The translations under genes were made by a program, and so were the position numbers. Source: a bacterium (GTDB lineage Bacteria > UBA8248). From it: DNA of 64,000 nucleotides. Location: contig OZ241996.1 of assembly GCA_965204535.1 (NCBI GenBank), forward strand, positions 1,216,001 to 1,280,000. Direction: 5' to 3'. Under the pieces are notes generated by a model. It was not told where the DNA came from. It was given only the letters and a program-made list of their open reading frames with translations, and did no database searches. Positions 37,623 through 46,131 of this stretch are shown here, in pieces; positions within the stretch are counted from its first letter, which is position 1; the number at the start of each line of letters is the position of its first letter.

Positions 37623-38308
37623 GGCGCTTTTTCTCCGTGCTCTCAGCGGTGGTCGAAAAAGATTTGCGCCTCGAATGGCGGACGAAGGAAAGCCTCCTCG
37701 TCATGGTGGTTTTCGCGCTGCTTGTGCTCACGCTGTTCAGCTTCGCCTTCGGCCCCGGAGGCGGGAGCGGGGAGAACGCCCGCGCCGTGAAGGCGGGCAT
37801 CTTGTGGATATCGTTTTTATTCGCCTGTGTCATCGGGCTGTCCCGCACCATGGGCGTGGAGCGTGAGAGCGCGGGTTTTACTGCCATGTACGCGAGTCCG
37901 GCGGATCCTTCCGCTCTGTATCTGGGCAAAGTGGTGTCCGCGGCTGTTTTGATGGGAATCATGGAGTTGGTGGGCTTCGCCGTTCTGGCGGTTCTCTATC
38001 GAGTGGATGTGTGGAAATCGGCCGGTGCGCTGGCGCTCATCGCCATCTCCGCCACGCTTGGAATCGCGGCCGCCGGCGCCATGTTCGCCGCTATGAGCGC
38101 TCGTACGCGAACGCGAGAGGTTTTGCTGCCCGTATTGATGTTTCCCGTTCTCGTGCCCGTCCTGATCGCCGCCGTCAAGGCGACCGAAGCCCATCTCGGC
38201 GGCGGAGGATGGGCGGATTCGAAGGATTGGATTCGCTTGATGTTGGTGTATGATGTGATATTCTTGGTGGCCGCCTCTTTGCTGTTTGAATATATATTAG
38301 AAGAATAA
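37619..38308 (+). CDS. ccmB: Heme exporter membrane protein CcmB
   Basis: KDLRLEWR, ERE..G, LYLGK, LLPVLMFP..VP. Confidence 0.9.
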   Translation: MRRFFSVLSAVVEKDLRLEWRTKESLLVMVVFALLVLTLFSFAFGPGGGSGENARAVKAGILWISFLFACVIGLSRTMGVERESAGFTAMYASPADPSALYLGKVVSAAVLMGIMELVGFAVLAVLYRVDVWKSAGALALIAISATLGIAAAGAMFAAMSARTRTREVLLPVLMFPVLVPVLIAAVKATEAHLGGGGWADSKDWIRLMLVYDVIFLVAASLLFEYILEE

Positions 38309-38387
38309 TATCAATGTATTGCATTCATGTATTTATGAAAATACTTTATGTTCTGCCACTGCTCCGAGTCGCCAGGGAGGTTGCCTG

Positions 38388-39083
38388 ATGGGCCATGATG
38401 GGCGGAGAGCGTTCGGGTGGTTGCCGGTTTTGGCCTTGTGCGTCCTTGTCTTCGCCATTTTTGCGAATTTCTTCATCGCGGGAACCGACAGGCTCCAGGG
38501 GCCGCCGCAGCGGATTTTCTATATCCACGTGCCATCGGCCTGGGTGGCGTTTTTCGCCTTTTTCCTGGTGTTCATTTTTTCGATTAAATATCTGGCGAAA
38601 AGGAATCCGGACGACGACATCCGCGCGCACGCCTGCGCGGAGGCGGGAGTCGTTTTCTGCACGCTGGTGCTCATCACCGGGCCTATCTGGGCGCGCCCGG
38701 TCTGGGGCGTATGGTGGACTTGGGACGCGCGCCTCACCACCACGCTCATCCTGTGGATGATTTACGTGGGCTATCTCATGCTGCGCGCCTACATGACGGA
38801 ACCCGAGCAAAGGGCGCGATTCGCCGCCGTGATGGGGATCATCGGCTTTCTGAACGTACCCATCGTGCATATGTCGGTGGAATGGTGGCGTACGCTCCAT
38901 CCCAAACCCGTGGTGATGCGCTCGGGCGGATTGAGGGATCTGCCCGATTCCATGCACGTCGCGTTGTGGAGTTCCCTGCTGGCCTTTATGCTCCTGTTCG
39001 TGTGTTTTGCCCGTAAACGCGCGCAAATCGAGCGTCTGAACGCGCGGGTGGAAGAGGCGCGCGCCGCACGGGAGGGAGGGTGA
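38388..39083 (+). CDS. ccmC: Heme exporter CcmC
   Basis: RIFYIHVPSAW, TGPIWARPVWGVWWTWDARLT, WWRTLHP; ATG after GGGAGG. Confidence 0.93.
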   Translation: MGHDGRRAFGWLPVLALCVLVFAIFANFFIAGTDRLQGPPQRIFYIHVPSAWVAFFAFFLVFIFSIKYLAKRNPDDDIRAHACAEAGVVFCTLVLITGPIWARPVWGVWWTWDARLTTTLILWMIYVGYLMLRAYMTEPEQRARFAAVMGIIGFLNVPIVHMSVEWWRTLHPKPVVMRSGGLRDLPDSMHVALWSSLLAFMLLFVCFARKRAQIERLNARVEEARAAREGG

Positions 39084-39214
39084 TGGGTTACGTGGCGGCG
39101 GCGTACATCGTCGTTCTGGGTGGATTTGCGCTTTATTGGTGGACTCTCAAGGCGCGGATGGATATTTTGGTGGAGGAGGAGAAAAAACTGAACCCCAGGA
39201 GAGATTCTCCATGA
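39083..39214 (+). CDS. ccmD: CcmD-like small membrane protein (43 aa), not in supplied ORF track
   Basis: Hand translation MGYVAAAYIVVLGGFALYWWTLKARMDILVEEEKKLNPRRDSP*; TGATG overlap with ccmC and ATGA overlap with the next gene; YV..AY + TM + charged tail. Confidence 0.8.
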   Translation: MGYVAAAYIVVLGGFALYWWTLKARMDILVEEEKKLNPRRDSP

Positions 39215-39699
39215 TGCGTTTTGGGCTCGCCTTGTGCCTGCTGGTCGTCTTGTGTCTCTATTCAGTAGCTCAGGCCGCCTCGCCGGGCGCCAAGACCACA
39301 TTCTCAGAAGTGGCGGGCGCCCTCATGAGTCCGGTGTGTCCCGGGAAACTGCTGCACGACTGCCCCAGCAGCGAGGGAGCGCAACTCCGCGAACTCGTGC
39401 GCCGCAAGATATTCGCCGGGGAGTCGAAAGAGCAGATTGTCCGGTATTTCGTCGAGGTATACGGCCGGGATGTTTTGCCGAAACCCCCGGCGGAGGGTTT
39501 TTATCTCACCGCCTGGCTTCTTCCCTTCGGGGGGGTGCTGGCGGGTTTCGGCGTGGTCTTCGTTCTGGTGAGGTCGTGGACGAAACGCCCCGACGACGCC
39601 GGGCAAAGCGAGGAAATGGAAGAAGTCCCACAAGACGCCGCCTCGGATGATCCCTTGGGCAACCGCCTGAAACGCGAACTTGGTGATTTCGAGGGTTGA
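39211..39699 (+). CDS. ccmH: CcmH/CycL-like protein, atypical cysteine pattern
   Basis: Signal peptide; LMSPVCPG.LLHDCPS; LR..V...I.AG.SKEQI..YFV..YG..VL..PP; W..P TM. Confidence 0.8.
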   Translation: MMRFGLALCLLVVLCLYSVAQAASPGAKTTFSEVAGALMSPVCPGKLLHDCPSSEGAQLRELVRRKIFAGESKEQIVRYFVEVYGRDVLPKPPAEGFYLTAWLLPFGGVLAGFGVVFVLVRSWTKRPDDAGQSEEMEEVPQDAASDDPLGNRLKRELGDFEG

Positions 39700-39730
39700 G
39701 CCGCCATACTCCGCAAGTCGAGAGTTTTCA

Positions 39731-40414
39731 ATGAACTATAATCCCAAAAGTGAACTCGGCAGAAATCTCGATGGCTTCTCCCCACACCGCCGGAGCATCA
39801 AGTGGCGGCTGATTGGGATGGTCATCAGCCTGATCCTGGTTGTCTGGATGATCGTGTATTTCGGCAATCAAGCAGAGCAGCCGACACAGGAGGCGGAGAG
39901 AAAGCAGGCACAACTGGCGCCGAAGGAGAGCGAAGGGGATGACGCCGGCTTGTACCACGACATGATTTTTCTCAAACAGGTCAAGCGCGCCGATGCCCCG
40001 GGTGTATTGCTCAAAACCCTGGACGGGCAGAATCACTCTCTCACACAGCATGCGGGAAAGCTCGTCCTGGTGAATTTCTGGGCGACGTGGTGCCAGCCGT
40101 GCATCCGGGAAATGCCCTCGATGGAGCGGCTTTATGCGAAATACAAGCCGAGTGGTCTCGAGATCGTGGCGATATCGCTGGATCAGGGTAATGAAGATGA
40201 TGTGCGCGAATTCGTCGCGAAGCTGAAACTGACTTTCCCCATCGTCCTCGACCCTGAGCACAAGGCGAAGGCGCTCTACAAGGTGCGGGGCCTGCCGACG
40301 ACATATCTCCTGGACAGGCAAGGCCAAGTAGCGGGCTACGGTGTTGGCCCCCGCGAATGGGACAGCGAGGCCGCCTTCGCTCTCGTAGGGCACTTGCTTG
40401 ATGAGAAAAGTTGA
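39731..40414 (+). CDS. TlpA/ResA (CcmG-like) thiol-disulfide oxidoreductase
   Basis: TM anchor; NFWATWCQPCIREMP; GLPTTYL. Confidence 0.9.
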   Translation: MNYNPKSELGRNLDGFSPHRRSIKWRLIGMVISLILVVWMIVYFGNQAEQPTQEAERKQAQLAPKESEGDDAGLYHDMIFLKQVKRADAPGVLLKTLDGQNHSLTQHAGKLVLVNFWATWCQPCIREMPSMERLYAKYKPSGLEIVAISLDQGNEDDVREFVAKLKLTFPIVLDPEHKAKALYKVRGLPTTYLLDRQGQVAGYGVGPREWDSEAAFALVGHLLDEKS

Positions 40415-40418
40415 AGGT

Positions 40419-41006
40419 ATGGAAGCGTCAAAAAGATCGAATCCCGATCAGCGAAAGGCCAAGCGGCTGGCCCTTTCGTTCATCCTGGCCCCGGTGCTGC
40501 TGACGCTGCTCTGGGCGGTGGGCGAGCGCCTGACGACCGAACGTGTCGAAGAAGCGCCCGTGACCAGTCTGGAAATCGGTGCTCAGGTTCCCCCTTTTGA
40601 ATACCCGCTGCTGGGCGGTGGAAGCGCCTCTCTTGTAAGCCGGAAGGACAAGGTGGTGCTCATCAACGTGTGGGCTACATGGTGCGTTCCGTGCCTGGAT
40701 GAGATGCCGGATTTGCAGCGCCTCTACGCCCGGATGAAAAAAGACGGCGCGCCGTTCGAGATACTGGCGGTGAGCATCGACGCCCTGGGAGCGGACGCGG
40801 TCCGGAAATTCGTCGACCGCTTCGGCCTCACGTTCCCGATTCTGCTCGACCCGCGCGGGAGCATCAAGAAGCTCTACCGCACGACCGGCGTGCCGGAGAC
40901 GTTCATCGTGGACCGCCAGGGCCGTCTACTGCAGAAGATCATCGGCGCCCGCAAATGGGATGCGCCTGCGATTGTCGAATACCTCAAGCGGGCCGCTGGC
41001 TCCTAG
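40419..41006 (+). CDS. TlpA/ResA (CcmG-like) thiol-disulfide oxidoreductase, second copy
   Basis: TM anchor; NVWATWCVPCLDEMP; GVPETF. Confidence 0.9.
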   Translation: MEASKRSNPDQRKAKRLALSFILAPVLLTLLWAVGERLTTERVEEAPVTSLEIGAQVPPFEYPLLGGGSASLVSRKDKVVLINVWATWCVPCLDEMPDLQRLYARMKKDGAPFEILAVSIDALGADAVRKFVDRFGLTFPILLDPRGSIKKLYRTTGVPETFIVDRQGRLLQKIIGARKWDAPAIVEYLKRAAGS

Positions 41007-41086
41007 GTGAATATCCTGAAGCGTCCAATCTTCGGCATCTGGATTTCGCATTCAAGAATGGCAATATGACGATCAACAACGAACTA

Positions 41087-41159
41087 CGGGCGGACACACG
41101 GGTCCGCCCCTACGGGGTACGCGAATGGTTTCGTAGGGGAGAACCTGTGTGTTCTCCCG
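41087..41159. repeat. Inverted pair of GTAG-family REP elements (REPIN-like doublet)
   Basis: Reverse complement of 41087-41114 CGTAGGGGCGGACCCGTGTGTCCGCCCG vs 41132-41159 CGTAGGGGAGAACCTGTGTGTTCTCCCG (23/28 identical), each GTAG plus palindrome, between convergent genes. Confidence 0.8.
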
Positions 41160-41180
41160 CATTCGCTTCCATGAAGTGCT

Positions 41181-42278
41181 TCAAAGCTCGAAACCGAGTT
41201 CCAGTTCCTCGTTCAGCCTTTGCATCTGCTCCAGAACGGCAGGGGTGATGGGCACGCCGATGCGCCTGTTCTCCTCTTCGGCGATCGCCTCCGGTTCGCC
41301 GTGAATGTAGATACGGTCGTGTCCCGGCGCCTTCTTCGCGCCCCGGATGGTCTCGAAGAGTCTTCCCATGTCGCTGAACATGGCGGATAGGTCCCTGAAT
41401 CCCGACATCTTGATCGCGCCCATGAAGTGGCCCGTGGCGGATTTCGCCGTACCCGCAGCACCCGCCATGCGGCTCTCCAGGCCCGCGCCCGAGAGTACGC
41501 CGCACAGAAGCTCGATCATGAGCTGGAGGCCATAGCCCTTGTGGCCGCCGTTCTCGTCTCCCTCGCCGCCCAGGGGCGCGAGCGGCACTTCGTAGTTCAG
41601 GATGCTCTTCTCGTTGAGCGTCGGCGTTCCCATTGAGGAGAGCACCCAGCCTTTGGGGACTTCACGGCCTTCGCGCAGGGCCGTCTCGATTTTGCCCACG
41701 GCCGTCACGGCGGTGGCCATGTCGAGGTGAAAGTCGGTGCCGCCCGGTCCGCCGGGTATCGCCACGCTCATCGGGTTGGTGCCGAAAAGCGCCTCCCCCC
41801 CGAAGGTGGGGGCGGTGCGGCGTCCGCCGTTCGTCATGCTGATGCCGATGAAGCCCGCCTCCATCGCCTTTTGGGCCCAGTAGCCCGCGTAGCCGAAGTG
41901 GCTGCTGTTGCGCACGGTCACGAAGCCGGAACCGTGCTTTTCCGCCATGGCGAGGGCCTCGTCCATCGCGCGGTTCGAGGCGACGATACCGATGGCGTCG
42001 TTCGCGTCGAGAAGGCCGGTGGTGTCGCTCCCCTTGTGGAACTTCATGTCGGGCCGGTTGTTGAGCACGCCGTTTTCAAGGCGGACCATGAAAAACGTCA
42101 GGCGCGCGGCCCCGTGACTGCGGATGCCTCTCAAATCGGCGCTGACCAATACTTTCGCCACGAGGCGGGCGTCGTCCTCCGGCACGTCCTTGCTGCGGAA
42201 TATGGTGTAGACGAACTCTTCGATGACTTCTGCGGGAAAGCGCACCGTGCCTTCGGGCAGGGGACCGGACTCGACCAT
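41181..42278 (-). CDS. Ldh_2 family oxidoreductase (third paralog)
   Basis: LRGIRSHG, SSHFG, GTNP, LDMAT, GHKGYGL, IHGE. Confidence 0.92.
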   Translation of the reverse strand: MVESGPLPEGTVRFPAEVIEEFVYTIFRSKDVPEDDARLVAKVLVSADLRGIRSHGAARLTFFMVRLENGVLNNRPDMKFHKGSDTTGLLDANDAIGIVASNRAMDEALAMAEKHGSGFVTVRNSSHFGYAGYWAQKAMEAGFIGISMTNGGRRTAPTFGGEALFGTNPMSVAIPGGPGGTDFHLDMATAVTAVGKIETALREGREVPKGWVLSSMGTPTLNEKSILNYEVPLAPLGGEGDENGGHKGYGLQLMIELLCGVLSGAGLESRMAGAAGTAKSATGHFMGAIKMSGFRDLSAMFSDMGRLFETIRGAKKAPGHDRIYIHGEPEAIAEEENRRIGVPITPAVLEQMQRLNEELELGFEL

Positions 42279-42449
42279 GAAAATCTCCTAAGAAAATGTT
42301 GATTTGGCGCTGCGAGAAAGTTGCGCCATATTAGCCCGTCTTTGCGCTTTTCGGGAAGTCGCGCCGGGCTGCGGTTCGCCTTGCGGGGTGCGCTTTTGTT
42401 TTGTCAAAATGCGCTTCTTTTCGGGAATGCTGTCTGGAACAGGGGAGAG

Positions 42450-43505
42450 ATGAACGTGGCTCGCATAGCGGTGGTGCGCGGAGACGGGATAGCGAACGAG
42501 GTCATGCCCGAGGCGGAGGAGACGCTGCGGGCTGCGGCCGAGGCGGCCTCGTTTCCGGTGGAGTTCGAATACTTCGACTGGGGGAGCGATCGGTATCTGG
42601 AACAGGGCAGGGGGATGCCCGAAGACGGCTGCGATACCCTTCGGGCGGGTTTCGACGCCGTTTTTCAAGGGGCTATCGGCGATCCGAGGGTTCCCGGCTC
42701 TATCGTGCAGGAGGAGGTGATTCTGGGGGTGCGCTTCGGGCTGGACTTATACGCCAACATCCGCCCCTGCAGGCTCTACCATGAGGATTTGACGCCTCTC
42801 AAGAATAAAGGGGCGGGCGACATCGACCATGTCGTCGTGCGCGAGAACACCGAGGGCCTGTTCGTGAACGTGGGCGGATTTTTCAAGCCGGGGACAAAAG
42901 ACGAGGTCGCCTTGCAGGAAGAAGTGCATACCTACAAGGGGGTGGAGCGCGTCATCCGGGCGTCGTTCGAGTTCGCGAGGCGCCACAAGCGCAGAAAAGT
43001 CACCATGGCGGACAAGGCGAGCGGGCTTCGCTACGCAGGCGGAATCTGGCGGCGCGTGTTCGATGAGGTGCGCGCGGATTTCGGGGATATCGAGTCCGAA
43101 GCCAAGCACATCGACGCGGTGGCGATGGAGGTGATTCAGCACCCGGCGGAATTCGACGTCATCGTCACCAACAACATGTTCGGCGACATTATGAGCGATA
43201 TCACCTCGGGTCTCGTGGGCGGGCTGGGCTTGGCGCCTTCCGCGAACGTGAATCTCGAGGGCGTCTCGATGTTCGAGCCGGTACACGGCACGGCGCCCGA
43301 CATTTATGGACAGGGCATCGCCAACCCGATGGCGGCCATTTTGACGGGCGCTTTATTGCTGGATCATCTGGGCTACGGGGCGGGTGGAGCCTCTATCCGG
43401 TGCGCCGTGGAAGAAGCCATCGCCAACGGGGAGCGTACGGCGGATATCGGGGGAAAATTGACTACGAAAGAATGCGGTGACGCTGTAAGAAATAGACTGA
43501 AATAG
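42450..43505 (+). CDS. Isopropylmalate/tartrate dehydrogenase family beta-decarboxylating dehydrogenase (LeuB-like)
   Basis: GDGI..EV, GAIG.P, R...DLYANIRP, RENTEG, NMFGDI.SD, FEPVHGTAPDI. Confidence 0.9.
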   Translation: MNVARIAVVRGDGIANEVMPEAEETLRAAAEAASFPVEFEYFDWGSDRYLEQGRGMPEDGCDTLRAGFDAVFQGAIGDPRVPGSIVQEEVILGVRFGLDLYANIRPCRLYHEDLTPLKNKGAGDIDHVVVRENTEGLFVNVGGFFKPGTKDEVALQEEVHTYKGVERVIRASFEFARRHKRRKVTMADKASGLRYAGGIWRRVFDEVRADFGDIESEAKHIDAVAMEVIQHPAEFDVIVTNNMFGDIMSDITSGLVGGLGLAPSANVNLEGVSMFEPVHGTAPDIYGQGIANPMAAILTGALLLDHLGYGAGGASIRCAVEEAIANGERTADIGGKLTTKECGDAVRNRLK

Positions 43506-43549
43506 AATCACTTACATGATATTATTCAAGTAGAATATAGGAGATTGAA

Positions 43550-43909
43550 ATGCCGGAAAAATCAGTGGTGGACGTTCAGAAAGCAGCCTTCAAACCCGTG
43601 GATTGGGGGCAGACGAAAATTTTAGTCAGCCCGACTGCGAACGGCTCCGAGCACGTGCGCGTGGGGCTCACCGAGTACGACCCCGCCACCCCGCACGAAC
43701 CGCACGCGCACCCCGGACAGGAAGAAGTCATCTGGGTGCTGAGCGGGCGGGGGTATACGGAGACACACGGCGAGAAAATCGACCTCTACCCAGGGGCGGT
43801 GGCGTTCATCCCTGCGGGGATGGAGCACAAGACGGCGGCGGTCGGCGAGAAGATGCAGGCCATCATCATCAAGGGGCCGGTTCGCGACGCGGACGGGGTG
43901 TTGAGTTAG
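43550..43909 (+). CDS. Cupin domain protein
   Basis: H.HPGQEEV..VLSG.G and G...FIPAG.EH. Confidence 0.88.
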   Translation: MPEKSVVDVQKAAFKPVDWGQTKILVSPTANGSEHVRVGLTEYDPATPHEPHAHPGQEEVIWVLSGRGYTETHGEKIDLYPGAVAFIPAGMEHKTAAVGEKMQAIIIKGPVRDADGVLS

Positions 43910-43970
43910 ATATATCCTGGAAGGCAGAGCTCGCCCGGTGGTGCTGCCGATATTCGCGGGGGATTGGTTC

Positions 43971-45017
43971 TTACGGTGCGGAAATCAGCGCCCGATCCCC
44001 CTGGACTTCCAGTTTCGTTCCGAAGGGCTCGTTCAGCGCGTTCATCACGTCGACGATTCGGCGGCCCTTGCCCCGATTTGGGGAATGGAGTCTGGGCTTG
44101 GAGAATACGCCGGCCGTTACGGGAATCAGGTAGGGTTCTCTCACTCCCTTTTTGCTCAAGGTGCAGCCGAACAGGAAGGTGTCGTGCGTTTCGTCGGTGA
44201 AGAAGGGGATATCGAAGTCGAATATCAGGTTCCCCATGCTGTAGACGATGGGCGCACCCTTGTAAAATTCTATCGCCTGCAGGACGTGCGGGTGGCCGCC
44301 CAAGACGAGATCGGCGCCCGCGTCGACGCTCGCGTGGGCGATTTCGCGCTCAAAGTCCATCACCTCGTGCGTCATGCTCGTGCCCCAGTGGTGATTCACT
44401 ACGACGATATCCGCTTTTTTCCTTAAATTCCTGATGTCGCGCTTCATGCGCGCGAGATGGGCGGGTTCCGCCCAGGTATCGATCCGGGGCGGGGTGCCCG
44501 GGTATTCGGAGAGGTCGCGCCAGGGGCGATAGGCCGTGTGGGCGCGTATCGGGTTCACCCCCGGATCGCCCGCTGTGGCCTCGAAACCCCTCGGGATGAC
44601 GGAGCAATACGCCAGAAAGCCTATCGTCAGATTCCCGCGCTCGATGAGGGCCGGCTTTCTGGCCTGCGCGAGATTCATGCCGCCGCCCACGAGCGCAACG
44701 CCCAGAGAATCCATGAGCGACATGGTTTCCGCAAAGGCGTCTTCCCCGTAGTCGAGTACGTGGTTGTTCGCAAAGGCCATGACGTCGAAGCCCGCCTCGG
44801 TGAGGGCGCCTGCCATTTCCGGCGCGCCGCGCAGAAGAATTTTCTCGGGCGCGGGTTTCCCGTCGTGAGAAAGGGGCAGTTCCAGATTGGCGAACGAGAC
44901 GTCCGCTTCTCTGAGCAGGGGAATCAGTCTTCCGAAAGCGCCTTTCGCCTCCGAGCGGTTGATGGCGATGTCTCCTCCCGCCAGTAGTCTGGGGCCATCT
45001 TTAGCGCGGGGAGGCAT
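43971..45017 (-). CDS. CapA/PgsA family metallophosphoesterase-fold protein
   Basis: GGD, ANLE, ANNH..DYG, HWG, GGHPHV.Q, YSMGN. Confidence 0.9.
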   Translation of the reverse strand: MPPRAKDGPRLLAGGDIAINRSEAKGAFGRLIPLLREADVSFANLELPLSHDGKPAPEKILLRGAPEMAGALTEAGFDVMAFANNHVLDYGEDAFAETMSLMDSLGVALVGGGMNLAQARKPALIERGNLTIGFLAYCSVIPRGFEATAGDPGVNPIRAHTAYRPWRDLSEYPGTPPRIDTWAEPAHLARMKRDIRNLRKKADIVVVNHHWGTSMTHEVMDFEREIAHASVDAGADLVLGGHPHVLQAIEFYKGAPIVYSMGNLIFDFDIPFFTDETHDTFLFGCTLSKKGVREPYLIPVTAGVFSKPRLHSPNRGKGRRIVDVMNALNEPFGTKLEVQGDRALISAP

Positions 45018-45021
45018 GGGG

Positions 45022-46119
45022 CTATTCGGTGAGACAAAGACCGTGGTCGGGCGTGAAGGAGAGATACACCTTCTGGCCGGTGTCCAGTTCCTCGAAGTGG
45101 TCGATCTGAACGCCCACCTCGTGCGGACCGACCTGGACCTGGCAGTCGAGGAAGTTGCCCAGATACACGGTGTCGATCACTTCGCCTTCGATGAGGTTCA
45201 TCGTCTCGGCCGGTTTCTCGAGGTGGAGCAGGATGTCTTCGGGGCGAATGCTCAGGATGATTTTCGCTCCTACGGGCGCTCCCTCCGCGCCGGTGGCCCT
45301 GAGGCGGATGGGGGCGCTTCCGTCGCCCAGGGGAATTTCCAGGTCCGTCAGTTCCCCGTCGTGACCGAGCAGCTTGCCTTCCATGAGGTTGGCCACGCCG
45401 ATGAAATTCGCCACGAATGCGTTCGTCGGTTCGGCGTAGATGCTTTCGGGGTCGCCGATTTGCTGGATCACGCCCTTGTCCATCACCACGACCCTGTCGC
45501 TCATCACGAGCGCTTCGGTCTGATCGTGCGTGACGTAGATCGAGGTGATGCCCACGTCGTGCTGCAGGCGGGTGAGTTCGATGCGCATCTGCTCGCGCAG
45601 CTTGGCGTCGAGGTTGCTCAGGGGCTCGTCGAACAGCACGACCTTGGGGTTGTAGACGATGGCGCGGGCGAGGGCGACGCGCTGGCGCTGCCCGCCGGAG
45701 AGCTTGGTGGCGTATCGCTCGGCGAGATGGCCCAGACCCACGAGGTCGAGCGCCTTAGACGTTTTCTCCTTGATGGCGGCCCTGGTTTCGCGCCGGATCC
45801 TCAGGCCGTAGGCCACGTTGTCGAAGACCGTCATGTGCGGCCAGACGGCGTAGCTCTGGAACACCATGCCCAGGTTTCTCTCTTCGGGCGTCAGGAAAAC
45901 CTCGTTCGCCACGGAGGTGACGTAGTCTCCCTCGATTTGGATGTCGCCGCTGTCGGGATGCTCGAGGCCGGCGATGCACCTGAGCGTCGTGGTTTTACCG
46001 CAGCCCGAAGGCCCCAGCAGGGTGACGAACTCACCCTGTTCGACGGAGAGGTCGACTCCCGCCACGGCCACTTCGGGCCCGAATGATTTCACCAGTTTCG
46101 AGATTTCGACGAATGACAC
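45022..46119 (-). CDS. ABC ATPase (PotA/FbpC family, TOBE domain)
   Basis: GPSGCGKTT, LSGGQRQR, FDEPLSNLD, YVTHDQ. Confidence 0.92.
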   Translation of the reverse strand: MSFVEISKLVKSFGPEVAVAGVDLSVEQGEFVTLLGPSGCGKTTTLRCIAGLEHPDSGDIQIEGDYVTSVANEVFLTPEERNLGMVFQSYAVWPHMTVFDNVAYGLRIRRETRAAIKEKTSKALDLVGLGHLAERYATKLSGGQRQRVALARAIVYNPKVVLFDEPLSNLDAKLREQMRIELTRLQHDVGITSIYVTHDQTEALVMSDRVVVMDKGVIQQIGDPESIYAEPTNAFVANFIGVANLMEGKLLGHDGELTDLEIPLGDGSAPIRLRATGAEGAPVGAKIILSIRPEDILLHLEKPAETMNLIEGEVIDTVYLGNFLDCQVQVGPHEVGVQIDHFEELDTGQKVYLSFTPDHGLCLTE

Positions 46120-46131
46120 TCTGTTTATCCT

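Noticed and set aside
41087-41159. Possible mini-CRISPR
   Set aside because: Only two units, inverted rather than direct, with no cas genes. It fits REP elements.
42450-43505. Assigning the symbol leuB
   Set aside because: The catalytic Tyr appears replaced and no leu genes are adjacent, so only a family-level call is made.
43971-45017. Poly-gamma-glutamate capsule locus
   Set aside because: No capB/capC in the window, and the protein has no membrane anchor.
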